64,000 nt of DNA from Prevotella sp. (GTDB taxonomy: Bacteria; Bacteroidota; Bacteroidia; Bacteroidales; Bacteroidaceae), in the NCBI GenBank assembly GCA_017557185.1, contig JAFZAP010000023.1:10526-74525 (forward strand). The letters are read 5' to 3'. Position numbers and translations under genes: made by a program. Every line of letters begins with the position of its first letter. Positions within the stretch are counted from its first letter, which is position 1. Under the pieces are notes generated by a model. It saw nothing but the letters and a program-made list of their open reading frames with translations. It had not been told where the DNA came from and ran no database searches. Of the stretch, positions 10,042-20,500 are shown piece by piece.

Positions 10042-12210
10042 ATGAAACGACTGATACTCTCTTTTTTTGTGTTGTCGCTGACCATGCTGACGGCCGTCGC
10101 GCAACGCCCGCAACTACATAAGCTCTCGCCGATGCTACGACAAATGGTGGCTCAGCGCGAGACTCCTACCGTGTGTGCCTTCATCCGTATCACCGACGAT
10201 GCCGACCGAATCCTCAGCGAGAACGGCTGCCGGAAACTGGCGCAGGCAGGCAATATCTACATCGCCGCCATTCCCACCGACCGACTGGGCGCACTCTCGC
10301 GGGAACGCAACGTCAGCCGAATCGAGGCTCGACGCGGCACACATGCGCTGATGGACTCTATGGCTATTCACCTGAACGCACTTCCCGTCTATGCTGGCAC
10401 GGCCCTGCCACAGGCCTATACGGGTAAGGATGTGGTGATGGGCATCATGGATATCGGCTTCGACCTCACCCACCCCAACTTCTACGACCAAACAGCCACC
10501 AACTACCGCATCAAGCGCCTGTGGGATCAGATCAGCCCCGACACTATCGGCAGCCCGCTGTATGTGGGCCGCGACTACAGCGGTGACACCGAGTTGCTGG
10601 CTTTAGGCTGTTCCTATGATGGCAAGATGCAGACCCACGGCACCCATACGCTGGGCATCGCGGCAGGCAGCGGCTACAATAGTCCCTATCGCGGCATGGC
10701 CTGGGAGAGCGATATCTGCCTGGTCAACAATGCTACGACCGAGGACATCGCCCTGATCGACACCGCCGATTACCACAAATACACATTTGCCACCGATGCG
10801 CTGGGGTTCAAGTATATCTTCGACTATGCACAGTCGGTAGGCAAACCCTGCGTCATCTCGTTCAGCGAAGGCTCTGAACAGGATTTCTATGGCTACGACG
10901 TGCTCTATTATGCCATGCTCGACTCGCTGCTTGGACCGGGCCGCATACTCGTGGCTTCGGCTGGTAACAGCGGCAATGTCGTTAACTACATCTATAAAGA
11001 GCGGGGACGCAAACGGGTCGGAACATTCATCTGGACCAATATAGACCGGATGAGTATCACGGCAAAGGCCGACGCACCCTTCACGCTACGCACGACCATC
11101 TACGATACCGAGCCTGTCGTCATCGACATTCCCACCGATGACGTTCTCGCCCGCGAGGACTCCTGCCTCACCGACTCCGTGCTCATCGATGGCCGCATGT
11201 ACTACATCACCCTCACCGCCTATCCCTCGTGCTATGTGCCCACCGAGACTTGTTACGACATCACGTTGCGAGCGTTGGCAAATCTGGGCAGCCACAGACC
11301 CGTGTCAGTAGAGTTCAAGGGGAGCGAGGCGGAGATTGAGGTATATCGCAACTCAGGCAGTTTCGTCACCAACATCCTGGCGCCAGAACTCAATGATGCT
11401 ACCGTGGGACGCACCATCCACTCGCCTGCGAGCGCACCACGTGTCATCTGCGTCGGTGCCACCGGCTATCGCACGGGCATCACCAACTATTTGGGCGATT
11501 ATCGCAAGTTCGACCAAGGCAACGACGGACGGCGCAGCGACTATTCATCGATAGGCCCCACCTTCGACGGTCGCACGAAACCTGACGTCATGGCACCAGG
11601 CACGAACATCATCTCTTCTTACAGTAGTTATTATCTGGAAAACAATCCAGATGCAGGCGATATTCTTTCCGATGTTGAACACTTCGACTTCCGCGGCCGC
11701 ACGTATGTATGGAACAGCAATGCCGGAACATCGATGTCGACGCCAGCCGTTGGCGGAGCCATCGCCCTCTGGCTGCAGGCAAAGCCCACGCTTACTCCAG
11801 AGGAGGTGATGGATGTCATCGCCCACACCAGCAGCCACTACGACGAATCGCTCTCCTACCCCAACAACGAATACGGCTATGGCCAGATCGACGTCTATCG
11901 CGGATTGCTCTACATCCTCGGCATCGACAGAATCGAAGGACTTTCGCAACATCAGCCGAAGGCTCTGTCGATACTTCCCGTCGGTGAAGGCCGCGTGCAA
12001 CTGCGCTTCGAGGGGAACGATAGTCAACCCACTCGCAGCTTCTCGGTGCGAATCTTTAACACATCCGGGCAACTCGTTGGCTCACAGAAACTTACGAGAG
12101 GAAGCAAAGAGTACACCGTTGACCTATCTTCGCTGCCGCATGGCGTCTATGCCATACAAGTAACGACCGGTCAATCGCAGACAACGGGTTCCACGCTTGT
12201 GCGCCTGTAG
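10042..12210 (+). CDS. Subtilisin-like S8 serine peptidase with T9SS C-terminal domain
   Basis: Catalytic motifs MDIGFD, HGTHTLGIAAG and GTSMS; C-terminal DLSSLPHGVYAIQV. Confidence 0.92.
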   Translation: MKRLILSFFVLSLTMLTAVAQRPQLHKLSPMLRQMVAQRETPTVCAFIRITDDADRILSENGCRKLAQAGNIYIAAIPTDRLGALSRERNVSRIEARRGTHALMDSMAIHLNALPVYAGTALPQAYTGKDVVMGIMDIGFDLTHPNFYDQTATNYRIKRLWDQISPDTIGSPLYVGRDYSGDTELLALGCSYDGKMQTHGTHTLGIAAGSGYNSPYRGMAWESDICLVNNATTEDIALIDTADYHKYTFATDALGFKYIFDYAQSVGKPCVISFSEGSEQDFYGYDVLYYAMLDSLLGPGRILVASAGNSGNVVNYIYKERGRKRVGTFIWTNIDRMSITAKADAPFTLRTTIYDTEPVVIDIPTDDVLAREDSCLTDSVLIDGRMYYITLTAYPSCYVPTETCYDITLRALANLGSHRPVSVEFKGSEAEIEVYRNSGSFVTNILAPELNDATVGRTIHSPASAPRVICVGATGYRTGITNYLGDYRKFDQGNDGRRSDYSSIGPTFDGRTKPDVMAPGTNIISSYSSYYLENNPDAGDILSDVEHFDFRGRTYVWNSNAGTSMSTPAVGGAIALWLQAKPTLTPEEVMDVIAHTSSHYDESLSYPNNEYGYGQIDVYRGLLYILGIDRIEGLSQHQPKALSILPVGEGRVQLRFEGNDSQPTRSFSVRIFNTSGQLVGSQKLTRGSKEYTVDLSSLPHGVYAIQVTTGQSQTTGSTLVRL

Positions 12211-12230
12211 CTAATAAAAATACTATAAGA

Positions 12231-12428
12231 CTATTCTTCTTCCTCCTCGTCTTTCGTCTTCTTACCGCGTCCCAGCACCCAGTCGAGCACAATAGCGCCC
12301 AGCTTGCGCTCTACGCCAGCCTTCGTCAGAGGGATACCGGTCTGTTTCGTGAACTTCCGCTTCAGTCCCGAAATGCCATACTCCTTCTTAATGTACCACC
12401 AAAGGTCTTTCTTCTGTCTCTTTGCCAT
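12231..12428 (-). CDS. Small basic hypothetical protein (65 aa)
   Basis: ATG at 12428, TATCTTTG promoter box just upstream, TGIPLTKAGVERKLG core. Confidence 0.65.
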   Translation of the reverse strand: MAKRQKKDLWWYIKKEYGISGLKRKFTKQTGIPLTKAGVERKLGAIVLDWVLGRGKKTKDEEEEE

Positions 12429-12579
12429 AGTCGTTTCATAGATTGGTTTTCGAAGCAAAGATACAATAAAAAGTTGAGAAATGAAAAGTAATTAAAGAAA
12501 AAAACACAAAATTGTTGGAGATTTCAGAAAAATGCCTTACCTTTGTAGGTTAGAAGTATTACTCAAAACCTGAAACGAT

Positions 12580-13533
12580 ATGAAGAATCTGAAGAATTAT
12601 GTATTTGCAGTGGTGGCAGCCGTGCTGTTCTCGGCTTGCGGAACCACACGCACCGTGCCCCTCACCGGGCGTAAACAGAACCTGATGATCAGCGATCAGG
12701 AAGTGCTGTCGCTGAGTTCGCAGGAGTACACGAAGTACATGCAGGGTGCCAAGAAGTCGGCTGACGCTACGAACACCGCTATGGTGCAGCGCGTCGGTCA
12801 GAAGCTGGCCAATGCTGTGCAGAACTATCTCACCAACAACGGCTATGCCAACGAGTTGCAGAACTACGCCTGGGAGTTCAACCTGGTGCAGGACCAGAAC
12901 GTGAATGCTTTCTGCATGCCTGGCGGAAAGATTGTCGTCTACGAAGGCCTATTGCCAGTGACGCAGAACGAAGCCTCGCTGGCCATTGTGCTCGGTCATG
13001 AGATTGCGCATGCCGTCGCCAACCACTCGGCAGAGCAGATGTCGAAGCAGATCAAGCAACAGTATGGCTTGCAGATAGGCTCAGCCGTAGCTGGTGCGCT
13101 GGGCATGGGAACCAACACGCAGAGCATCGCACAAGTTATCGCACAGTATGGTCTGCAGTTCCGCAACCTGAAGTACTCGCGCGACCACGAGACCGAAGCC
13201 GACCGAATGGGGCTGATCTTCGCCGCTATGGCTGGCTATGATCCCAACGTAGCCGTGAGTTTCTGGCAGCGAATGGCTGCCAGCACGGGTTCCGGAACGG
13301 CTGAGTTCCTGAGCGATCACCCGAGTGATGCCACGCGAATCAACAATATCCAGACGAAGTTCCTGCCCGAGGCATTGAAGTACTATACGCCGCCCGTGCA
13401 GCCGACCGCCACGACCACCACTACAAAGAAAGCGACAACAACTGCCAAGAAGACGACAACAACTAAAAAGGCAACGACAACAACTAAAAAGGCAACGACA
13501 ACCAAGAAGACGACAACGACCAAAAAGCGTTAA
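12580..13533 (+). CDS. M48 family zinc metallopeptidase lipoprotein with Thr/Lys-rich tail
   Basis: Lipobox FSAC, NAFCMPGG, HEIAH, ETEAD and HP motifs. Confidence 0.92.
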   Translation: MKNLKNYVFAVVAAVLFSACGTTRTVPLTGRKQNLMISDQEVLSLSSQEYTKYMQGAKKSADATNTAMVQRVGQKLANAVQNYLTNNGYANELQNYAWEFNLVQDQNVNAFCMPGGKIVVYEGLLPVTQNEASLAIVLGHEIAHAVANHSAEQMSKQIKQQYGLQIGSAVAGALGMGTNTQSIAQVIAQYGLQFRNLKYSRDHETEADRMGLIFAAMAGYDPNVAVSFWQRMAASTGSGTAEFLSDHPSDATRINNIQTKFLPEALKYYTPPVQPTATTTTTKKATTTAKKTTTTKKATTTTKKATTTKKTTTTKKR

Positions 13534-13557
13534 GTCTTTGCGATACAGTTCCAATAA

Positions 13558-13589
13558 GAAGCTTCTCCCGAAACGGAGAAGCTTTTTTT
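13558..13589 (+). terminator. Intrinsic terminator
   Basis: aagcttctcc-cgaaac-ggagaagctt followed by a T tract. Confidence 0.85.
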
Positions 13590-13594
13590 GTGGA

Positions 13595-13866
13595 AATGAT
13601 ATAGGAGATGACCTAATAGAGCAAAAGCGGCCTGAAGGGCCAGAGAGCTATCAGCCCAGGGCAGCGCCCTGGGAAATGTGTGTTCGGGAGAGTTATCGCG
13701 CTGTAAGTGCAAAAGCTTCCCGAGTCACCGATGTCTATGCTTTTGCCCCTGTAGGGCGTAGTTTCTCTTGTGCCACACTACCCAGGGCGCTGCCCTGGGC
13801 TATGAGCTTATTGGCCTTTCAGGCCGTTTTATAAAACCATATTCCTAGGTTATCTCCTACATCATT
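13595..13866. repeat. 272-bp MITE/REP-doublet-like long inverted repeat
   Basis: 21-bp terminal IR (19/21 match) plus nested arms GGCCTGAAGGGCCA...CCCAGGGCAGCGCCCTGGG and its reverse complement. Confidence 0.8.
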
Positions 13867-13906
13867 GCTATTTGGGGGGTGTAAAAACGTTCACTATTTT
13901 GCCGTA

Positions 13907-14203
13907 TTTCATTGCTTTGATGTTGCTAAATCAATGCTTTGATGTTGCTAGAGTATTGCTTTGGTTATCCTACTCCAATGCTATAGAAAAGTAAAACAAC
14001 TTAATTTCATCAGTAAATTAAGTTAATTTGTTCGGTAAATTAAGTTATTTTACTCAGTAAATTAAGTTATTTTACTTAGCAAATTAAGTTAATTTACTCA
14101 TCAAATTAAGTTAATTTACTGAACGGGAGCATTCTTCTTGATTCATAAGAGCATTCTTCTACAATCACGAGAGGATGCTTTTGGACACATTGGAAGCATG
14201 CTA
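13907..14203. repeat. 22-bp-phased palindrome array 1 (GAGCAWTGCTC-type flanks, AAATTAAGTTAATTT core)
   Basis: Palindrome centres every 22 bp from 13912 to 14154, then 14175 (off by one) and 14198. Confidence 0.85.
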
Positions 14204-14408
14204 TTAGATGATTGCAGCAGGTATTTACATCAGAAAAAGGCACCTTCCAAGGGTTGTTTGCAAACTTTTGAGAACTGCGCAAGAGGCTCTTCCGAGGCTA
14301 TTTTTCGATTGCGAATTATTGCAAACCGTTTTTCTTGCAGGTTTCGTTTTTATGTATTAACTTTGCAATCAGAAATCAGAAATAGTAAAAACAAACCGCA
14401 AATCGACA

Positions 14409-15095
14409 ATGACACAGATGACAGTGTTGACAATCATGACCGACCGCGAATGGCTGCTGCTGATAATCGCCATCGCCAGCTACGTGCTCCTGTTGGTGCT
14501 CACCGTGCAGAACAGCCGCCACAAGGTGGTTGACCTGCAGGAAAGATTAAATAAGGTACGCGCGATGCAGGAGCTGCAGCAGGCACAGAGCCAGGAGGGT
14601 ATCGAACAGAACCGCCTCAAAATTACGGAACTGGAGAACCTCATCCGTAAGCTCGGCGACGAGAACTCGGTGCTTCGGCTAGAGCTGGAGGAGAAGAAGA
14701 CGCGGCTCGACTATGCCAACCGCATGGCGGAAATCGAGACCGAGAAGCGCCAACAGGCCGAGAGCGTGATCTTCGGCAGCGACATCTACTCCACGATGCA
14801 GCACATGCTCGACCGCGGCCAGTGTATGGGCAACGACGAGTGGCGTCGGCTGGAACAACTGGTCAATTCCGTCTACACAGGTTTCACGGAGCGACTCTAT
14901 AGCCTCTACCGCATGACCGAACAGGACTATCACGTCAGTCTGCTCATCAAGGTTCGCATACAGCCGAAGGACATCGCCACGCTGACGGCCCATTCGAAGG
15001 AGAGCGTTGCCTCTACGCGCAGCCGTCTCTACCAGAAGGTGTTCGGCGAAAAAGGCTCATCGAAGGATTGGGATGACTTCGTTCTGGGACTGTAA
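14409..15095 (+). CDS. Membrane-anchored coiled-coil protein with C-terminal LuxR-like HTH (putative regulator)
   Basis: One TM helix, a coiled coil, then PKDIATLTAHSKESVASTRSRLYQK; exact start uncertain. Confidence 0.7.
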   Translation: MTQMTVLTIMTDREWLLLIIAIASYVLLLVLTVQNSRHKVVDLQERLNKVRAMQELQQAQSQEGIEQNRLKITELENLIRKLGDENSVLRLELEEKKTRLDYANRMAEIETEKRQQAESVIFGSDIYSTMQHMLDRGQCMGNDEWRRLEQLVNSVYTGFTERLYSLYRMTEQDYHVSLLIKVRIQPKDIATLTAHSKESVASTRSRLYQKVFGEKGSSKDWDDFVLGL

Positions 15096-15102
15096 GAAGA
15101 GA

Positions 15103-15214
15103 GACCCACCCCCAGCCCCTCCCTATAGGGCGGGGAGTGGTTAGACATAGCAAATGAATATCACAAACAAAGGATTCTACTCCCCGCCCTATAGGGAGGG
15201 GCCGGGGGAGGGTC
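15103..15214. repeat. Inverted doublet of the 36-bp CCCCTCCC/GGGAGGGG palindromic element
   Basis: 15103-15138 and 15179-15214 are near-perfect reverse complements separated by 40 bp. Confidence 0.85.
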
Positions 15215-15231
15215 CGGAATTAGAAACAATT

Positions 15232-15684
15232 ATGATTGACTATTTAGCACAACACCTTTGGCAAATGTGGGCGGTGATAGCCGTTCTCTGCCTGATTTTG
15301 GAGCTGACGGCAGGCGATTTCTTCATCCTCTGCTTCTCGATCGGTGCCGCGTTTGCAGCCACGAGTGCAGCCTTTGGCGTCAGTTTCTATGTTCAGCTCG
15401 CCGTGTTCGCTTTGTTCACGCTGGTGAGCCTGTTCCTGGTGCGTCCCGTTGCCCTGCGCTACCTGCACCGCAACGACGAGTACCGAGTGAGTAATGCCGA
15501 TGCGCTGATCGGCCGCAAGGGCCGCGTCGTCGAGGCTATCGAGACGGGCGGCTTCGGTCGCGTGCAGATTGATGGCGACGTGTGGAAGGCTGTCACGAAG
15601 GACGACGAGGCCGTTCCCGTAGGCACCAACGTTCGTGTCATCGACCGCGAAAGTATCATCATCACAGTGGAACCTTTTGATTAA
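15232..15684 (+). CDS. NfeD family membrane protein
   Basis: N-terminal TM helices and OB-fold C-terminus (ALIGRKGRV, GRVQIDGDVWKA); linked to an SPFH gene. Confidence 0.88.
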   Translation: MIDYLAQHLWQMWAVIAVLCLILELTAGDFFILCFSIGAAFAATSAAFGVSFYVQLAVFALFTLVSLFLVRPVALRYLHRNDEYRVSNADALIGRKGRVVEAIETGGFGRVQIDGDVWKAVTKDDEAVPVGTNVRVIDRESIIITVEPFD

Positions 15685-15750
15685 TTGATAGTTCTTGCTC
15701 CGCGATGCTACGCAAGCAGCAAGCCGAGCGGATAATTGATAATAAAAGGT

Positions 15751-16377
15751 ATGCAACGCCCTGTTGAGATATATCGGAAGAAGACTTCCCTGCTGTGGAT
15801 AGCACTGTTGGGACTGGGAGGTGCCACCCTGCTGACGTGGGCCAACCACGACAAGCTCACACCCCTCTCATGGGAAACGGCTATCCACGGCGCGGGTATC
15901 ATCATCACAGGCTTTGCCGGACTCTCGGCCCTCTTGTCGCTAATCATCAGCATCTACAGCCATGAGCCCTATCTGCTCGTCTACGAGGAATGCATCGAGA
16001 TACCGCGCCTACTAAGCAAGAATTGCCGGGTGGTTCATTTCTGCGACGTGAAAGACGTGAAGGAAGACGGCGACGGGAGGAAAAAGAAGATTCTCTTCCA
16101 TATGCAGCCCTTCCTGACGAAAAGCGACTTGCCGCGAGGAACGAAGTTTCTGAAAAAGTTCTTGGGAGCCGACTTCGCGATTCCGCTTAGTTCGCTCAAC
16201 ATGTCTGCGGACGAGGCCTACAACCTGATTCTTGACCGCTACCTCAAGTATCATCATCAGGACCGCAGCGAGAAAGAGGAGACTGATGACGAAATTCTCG
16301 ACAAATACCTTTCTAGGTTGAAACGAAGGCCTTGCATTGGATTTCTGAAACTCGAAACTCGAAACAATAATCAATAA
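15751..16377 (+). CDS. Hypothetical two-TM membrane protein
   Basis: Two hydrophobic segments followed by a soluble domain; lies between nfeD and the SPFH gene. Confidence 0.6.
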   Translation: MQRPVEIYRKKTSLLWIALLGLGGATLLTWANHDKLTPLSWETAIHGAGIIITGFAGLSALLSLIISIYSHEPYLLVYEECIEIPRLLSKNCRVVHFCDVKDVKEDGDGRKKKILFHMQPFLTKSDLPRGTKFLKKFLGADFAIPLSSLNMSADEAYNLILDRYLKYHHQDRSEKEETDDEILDKYLSRLKRRPCIGFLKLETRNNNQ

Positions 16378-16456
16378 CAACCGCGCCTGCCATCAATACT
16401 CCCCACTAACCGGCAGGCACCCCTCCTTGGGAGGGGCGGGGGAGGCACTTATTATT

Positions 16457-17410
16457 ATGGACATCATGAGTTATGTACTGATTGCCGTTATCATTCTGGT
16501 AATCATCTTCGCCAAAATGGCACTGGTCATCATCCCGCAGAGCGAGACCAAGATCATTGAGCGTCTGGGCCGCTATCATGCCACATTGAATCCGGGTATC
16601 AATCTGATTATCCCCTTCATCGATCGCGCCAAGCAAATCATCGTGCTGCAGCGTGGACGCTATGCCTACAACGATAGCATCGACCTCCGTGAGCAAGTGT
16701 ACGACTTCGACCGCCAGAACGTGATCACGAAGGACAACATCCAGATGGAAATCAACGCCCTACTCTATTTCCAGATTGTTGATCCCTTCAAGGCTGTCTA
16801 TGAGATTTCGAACCTGCCCAACGCTATTGAGAAGCTCACGCAGACCACCCTACGTAACATCATCGGTGAACTGGAACTCGACCAGACGCTGACTTCACGT
16901 GATACCATCAACACGAAGTTGCGCGCCGTGCTCGACGATGCAACCGACAAGTGGGGCGTGAAGGTGAACCGCGTAGAGCTGCAGGACATCATCCCGCCAT
17001 CGAGCGTGCTCAACGCAATGGAGAAGCAGATGCAGGCCGAGCGTAACAAGCGTGCCGCCATCTTGACTTCAGAAGGTGATAAGCAGTCGCAGATCCTGCA
17101 GTCGGAAGGTGAGAAAGCCGCTACCATCAACCGCGCTGAGGCCGTTAAGCAGCAGGAGATCCTGCATGCCGAGGGTGAAGCTCAGGCTCGCATCCGCAAG
17201 GCTGAAGCTGAGGCCAAGGCCATCGAACTCGTGACTGAGGCTGTGGGCAAGAGCTCGAATCCTGCCAACTACCTGCTGGCTCAGAAGTATATCTCGATGA
17301 TGGAGGAACTGGCCCACAACCAGCAGACGAAGACCGTCTATCTGCCCTTCGAGGCTACGAACGTGATGGGTTCGCTCGCCGGCATCAAGGAACTATTCAA
17401 GAACCAGTAA
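16457..17410 (+). CDS. SPFH/band 7 (paraslipin/QmcA-like) protein
   Basis: IERLGRY, VITKDN, WGVKVNRVE and MEKQMQAER motifs. Confidence 0.93.
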   Translation: MDIMSYVLIAVIILVIIFAKMALVIIPQSETKIIERLGRYHATLNPGINLIIPFIDRAKQIIVLQRGRYAYNDSIDLREQVYDFDRQNVITKDNIQMEINALLYFQIVDPFKAVYEISNLPNAIEKLTQTTLRNIIGELELDQTLTSRDTINTKLRAVLDDATDKWGVKVNRVELQDIIPPSSVLNAMEKQMQAERNKRAAILTSEGDKQSQILQSEGEKAATINRAEAVKQQEILHAEGEAQARIRKAEAEAKAIELVTEAVGKSSNPANYLLAQKYISMMEELAHNQQTKTVYLPFEATNVMGSLAGIKELFKNQ

Positions 17411-17452
17411 GGCACGATGCGGACTCGGTCCGCCATCGATTTACCAACCATA

Positions 17453-17491
17453 AAAAAAGTCCTCTTCCGATGTGCGGAAGAGGACTTTTTG
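17453..17491. terminator. Bidirectional intrinsic terminator
   Basis: aaaaaagtcctcttccg-atgtg-cggaagaggacttttt between convergent genes. Confidence 0.88.
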
Positions 17492-17508
17492 TTTTGTCTG
17501 ACGATTCA

Positions 17509-20500
17509 CTATCTCACTACGACCTTCTTACCATTCACGATGTAAACGCCTTTGGGAAGTTGCGTGGTTGAGAGATTCTCATCAGCCACACGGCGACCCT
17601 GCAGGTCGTAGATGCCTGCGGGATACTGGCTATGATCGTCGTATTCAGCAAAGCTGATGGACGTCGGATCCTCGCGCGAGTAGTCGCTGTTGTTGGTGAG
17701 GTACATATCATCAACGACAATCGTGCCGTTACCGTTACCCCAGAAGCAGACGATGTGGATGTTCTTCGTGTCGAGAGGCTGTCCCTTCGTATCGCCCGAA
17801 GTGTACTTCGCAGTATTGAAGTCCACGACAATCTGCTTCTTCGAACCGAAGGCCGGCGATTCGCAGCAGGGACTCCAGATGCTGTTGGCGGTGAAGATGT
17901 TCAGGTGAGCATCACAGTTCTGCGTCCTCTTCAGCTTGATGACCAGATAGCGATAAGCCGACATATCGGCACCATTGGGATATTCCCATCCCATCTGACC
18001 CCACTGGCCGGGCTTGAAGGTGTGTGTGCTCTCGGTATAGGTGCCCTGCGAGAAGAGCGAAGTGTTGATATATTCCTTTCCGAACGGGAAGAAAGTACTG
18101 CGCACGGTGAACGTTGCCTTCAGTTCGTTGCCCATGGGATCCAGATAGGTGGCGGTGACTTCAGCGATACCCTCGGCGAGTCCGCGCACCAGTCCGTTCT
18201 GCAATTGCACCACCTCAGGTGCGTTCGTCTCGAAGCGAGCCTGTGCAGCGACGTTCTCCGTGTGTCCGTCGCGATAGGTGGCGTTCAGGGTGAGCGCCGT
18301 CGAGTTGCCCACCATGATTTCCATCTCCTCGCTGCCGATGGCCAGACTCTCTGCCGTGAGCATGTCCTCGTTGAAGCCTTCGAAGTGCTCAGGATAGAAC
18401 ATCGCCTCATCGAACGTGTCTTCCGTTGAGAACCAGTCGAAGTCGGCATAGCCTTCCGCGCTGTCGGTGTTGTAGCAGAACAGGCCGAAACGGGCACCCA
18501 CGAAGACCGTGAGGTTGAAGCCGAGCGTAGTCTCTCCGCCAAGCGGTGTGTAGGTGACGTTGTCGAGCGAATAGTAGAAGCGCACCTTGCTCGTGCTGTA
18601 GTTCATCGAGGCACGCAGATAGACGACACTGTCGATATCCGCCGCCACAATCTTCTGGTTGGGTTTGAAGCTGTCGCTGACGCGCAGCGTGTCCTGACGC
18701 CACACAATCTGCCGCTGTCCGTCCTTCACGCGAACGGCGATCATCGCGTATGGGTCTTGCAGGACGCAGATACCTGCCACGTTGCCTTCCACAAGATTCG
18801 TCACATCCAGGCGGACGGTACCCGTCGAGGGACGGTCGGTATAGGCGAAAATGCGCTGCGTGAGCATATTGCGAGCAGCCGTCAAACGCTGTGCGGTGCC
18901 CGATGCCTTCAGGCGCAGCCAGCCCGGACGCTCGAAGAGCGACCAGCATCCGTCATCGGGATTGTGGTTCCACTGCCACTGCATGCCCAGCGGATACGAG
19001 CGGAAGTTGTCGTTGGTGGGCAGATATGACACAGGATACTTAATGTTAACCGTTGGTTTGAGACGCGTCTTGACGGGCTTTCCCGAACTGCCCACAATGG
19101 GCCAGTCGTTGCTCCACCTGACAGGTTGCAGGTTAGGCATGCGTCCCAGTGCGCCCAAGTCCTCCTGCAGGATGGTCCACCACTCACCCTTGCCTTCGTC
19201 GCTCTGGTCGGTAGTGGGCTCTTCGGGCATAAACACCAATGCGCCCTGATGCACGGTGTTGGGTGAGCCGTCGATAATCTTCTCGATGAGCATCTGCTCC
19301 TCGTAGGGACCGAAGATATCCTTCGAGCGGAAGATAGCCTGTCCGCTGGGCCAGCCGCCATAGGTGGCATAGATGTAGTAGTAGTCGCCCTTCTTATAGA
19401 GATGGCAACCTTCCAGCCCGTCCTTGTCCTTGATGACATTCTGTTCGCGTATGAAGTTGAAGTCCTTGTCGAGCTCGCACATCTGGATGTTGCCGATACC
19501 GCAAGCCACATACACCTTTCCATTGTCGAAGAGCATGCCCGGATCGTAGTAGATGCGCGAGAGGCGCTTCTTCTCCCATTTCCCTTCAGGATCGCCTGCG
19601 GTGAGCAGCCAGCCGCCGGCATCGTTGCCGTTGATGAGCAGATAGAACTTTCCGTCGTGATATTTCATCGAACAAGCCCACATGCCGCGCGCATAGGCAT
19701 CGGTGCCTGGTGCGAGGTTGTAGTTATCGGCCGTCGAGAGCTGCGTCAGCGGTTGTGCGCAGTATTCCCAGTTCACGAGGTCCTTCGACTTCAGAATCGT
19801 TGCGCCGGGGAAGTGGTGCATCGTGGTCGATACCATATAATAGGTGTCGCCCACACGGATGACATCAGGATCGGGGAAGTCGGCACGCACCACCGTGTTG
19901 GCATAGCGGGTGCCCTGGTCGGAAGCAATCTTATTCTTGAAGTCGGCATGCGCCCAGTCCACTTGGTAATAGTCGGCATACCAGTCCATGCACGCCTTGC
20001 CGCAGGCCTCCTCCAGTCCGTCGAAGGCTGGCACCACCTTTCCTTTGTTGATGAGTGTATCGACGTCAATCAGACAACTCGTTCCCGATAGCGTCATCGA
20101 AATGTTGCCATAGTGGTCGAGCATCGCCTTGAACGCCTTGCCCCACTTCGACGTGGAACCTGTTGCCCACGTGCCGTAGTTCGGTTCCACCCAATCACCA
20201 TGCTCGTTGTAATGGCCTTCGCCTGGTTTCTTCGGACTCCAGTCCACCTCGGTGATAATCACGGGGTTGGTGTCCACCACGGGCACCTGCTTATGGAACT
20301 GGTTGATCTTGTTCGTCGGACTCGGCGAGGAGTCGCTGCAGCCATACCAGCCGCAATAGTCGTGTACGGCATAGCCAATGTTATAGCCCTCGATGGGATA
20401 TGTGGCATAATCGGCATAGTTAGCCTGCCAACCCGTGCCCGGCACCCAGATGATTCCCGTGAAGCCGTTGGCGCGAATCTTATCCACCACAGGCTGGAAG

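Noticed and set aside
13907-14203. CRISPR array interpretation of the 22-bp arrays (also 31859 and 59854)
   Set aside because: Repeats are 11-15 bp and linkers 7-11 bp, linkers are often related to each other, and there are no cas genes in the window.
14138-14533. 131-aa ORF overlapping array 1 and the regulator
   Set aside because: It has a non-ATG start, runs through repeat and promoter DNA, and overlaps a better ORF.
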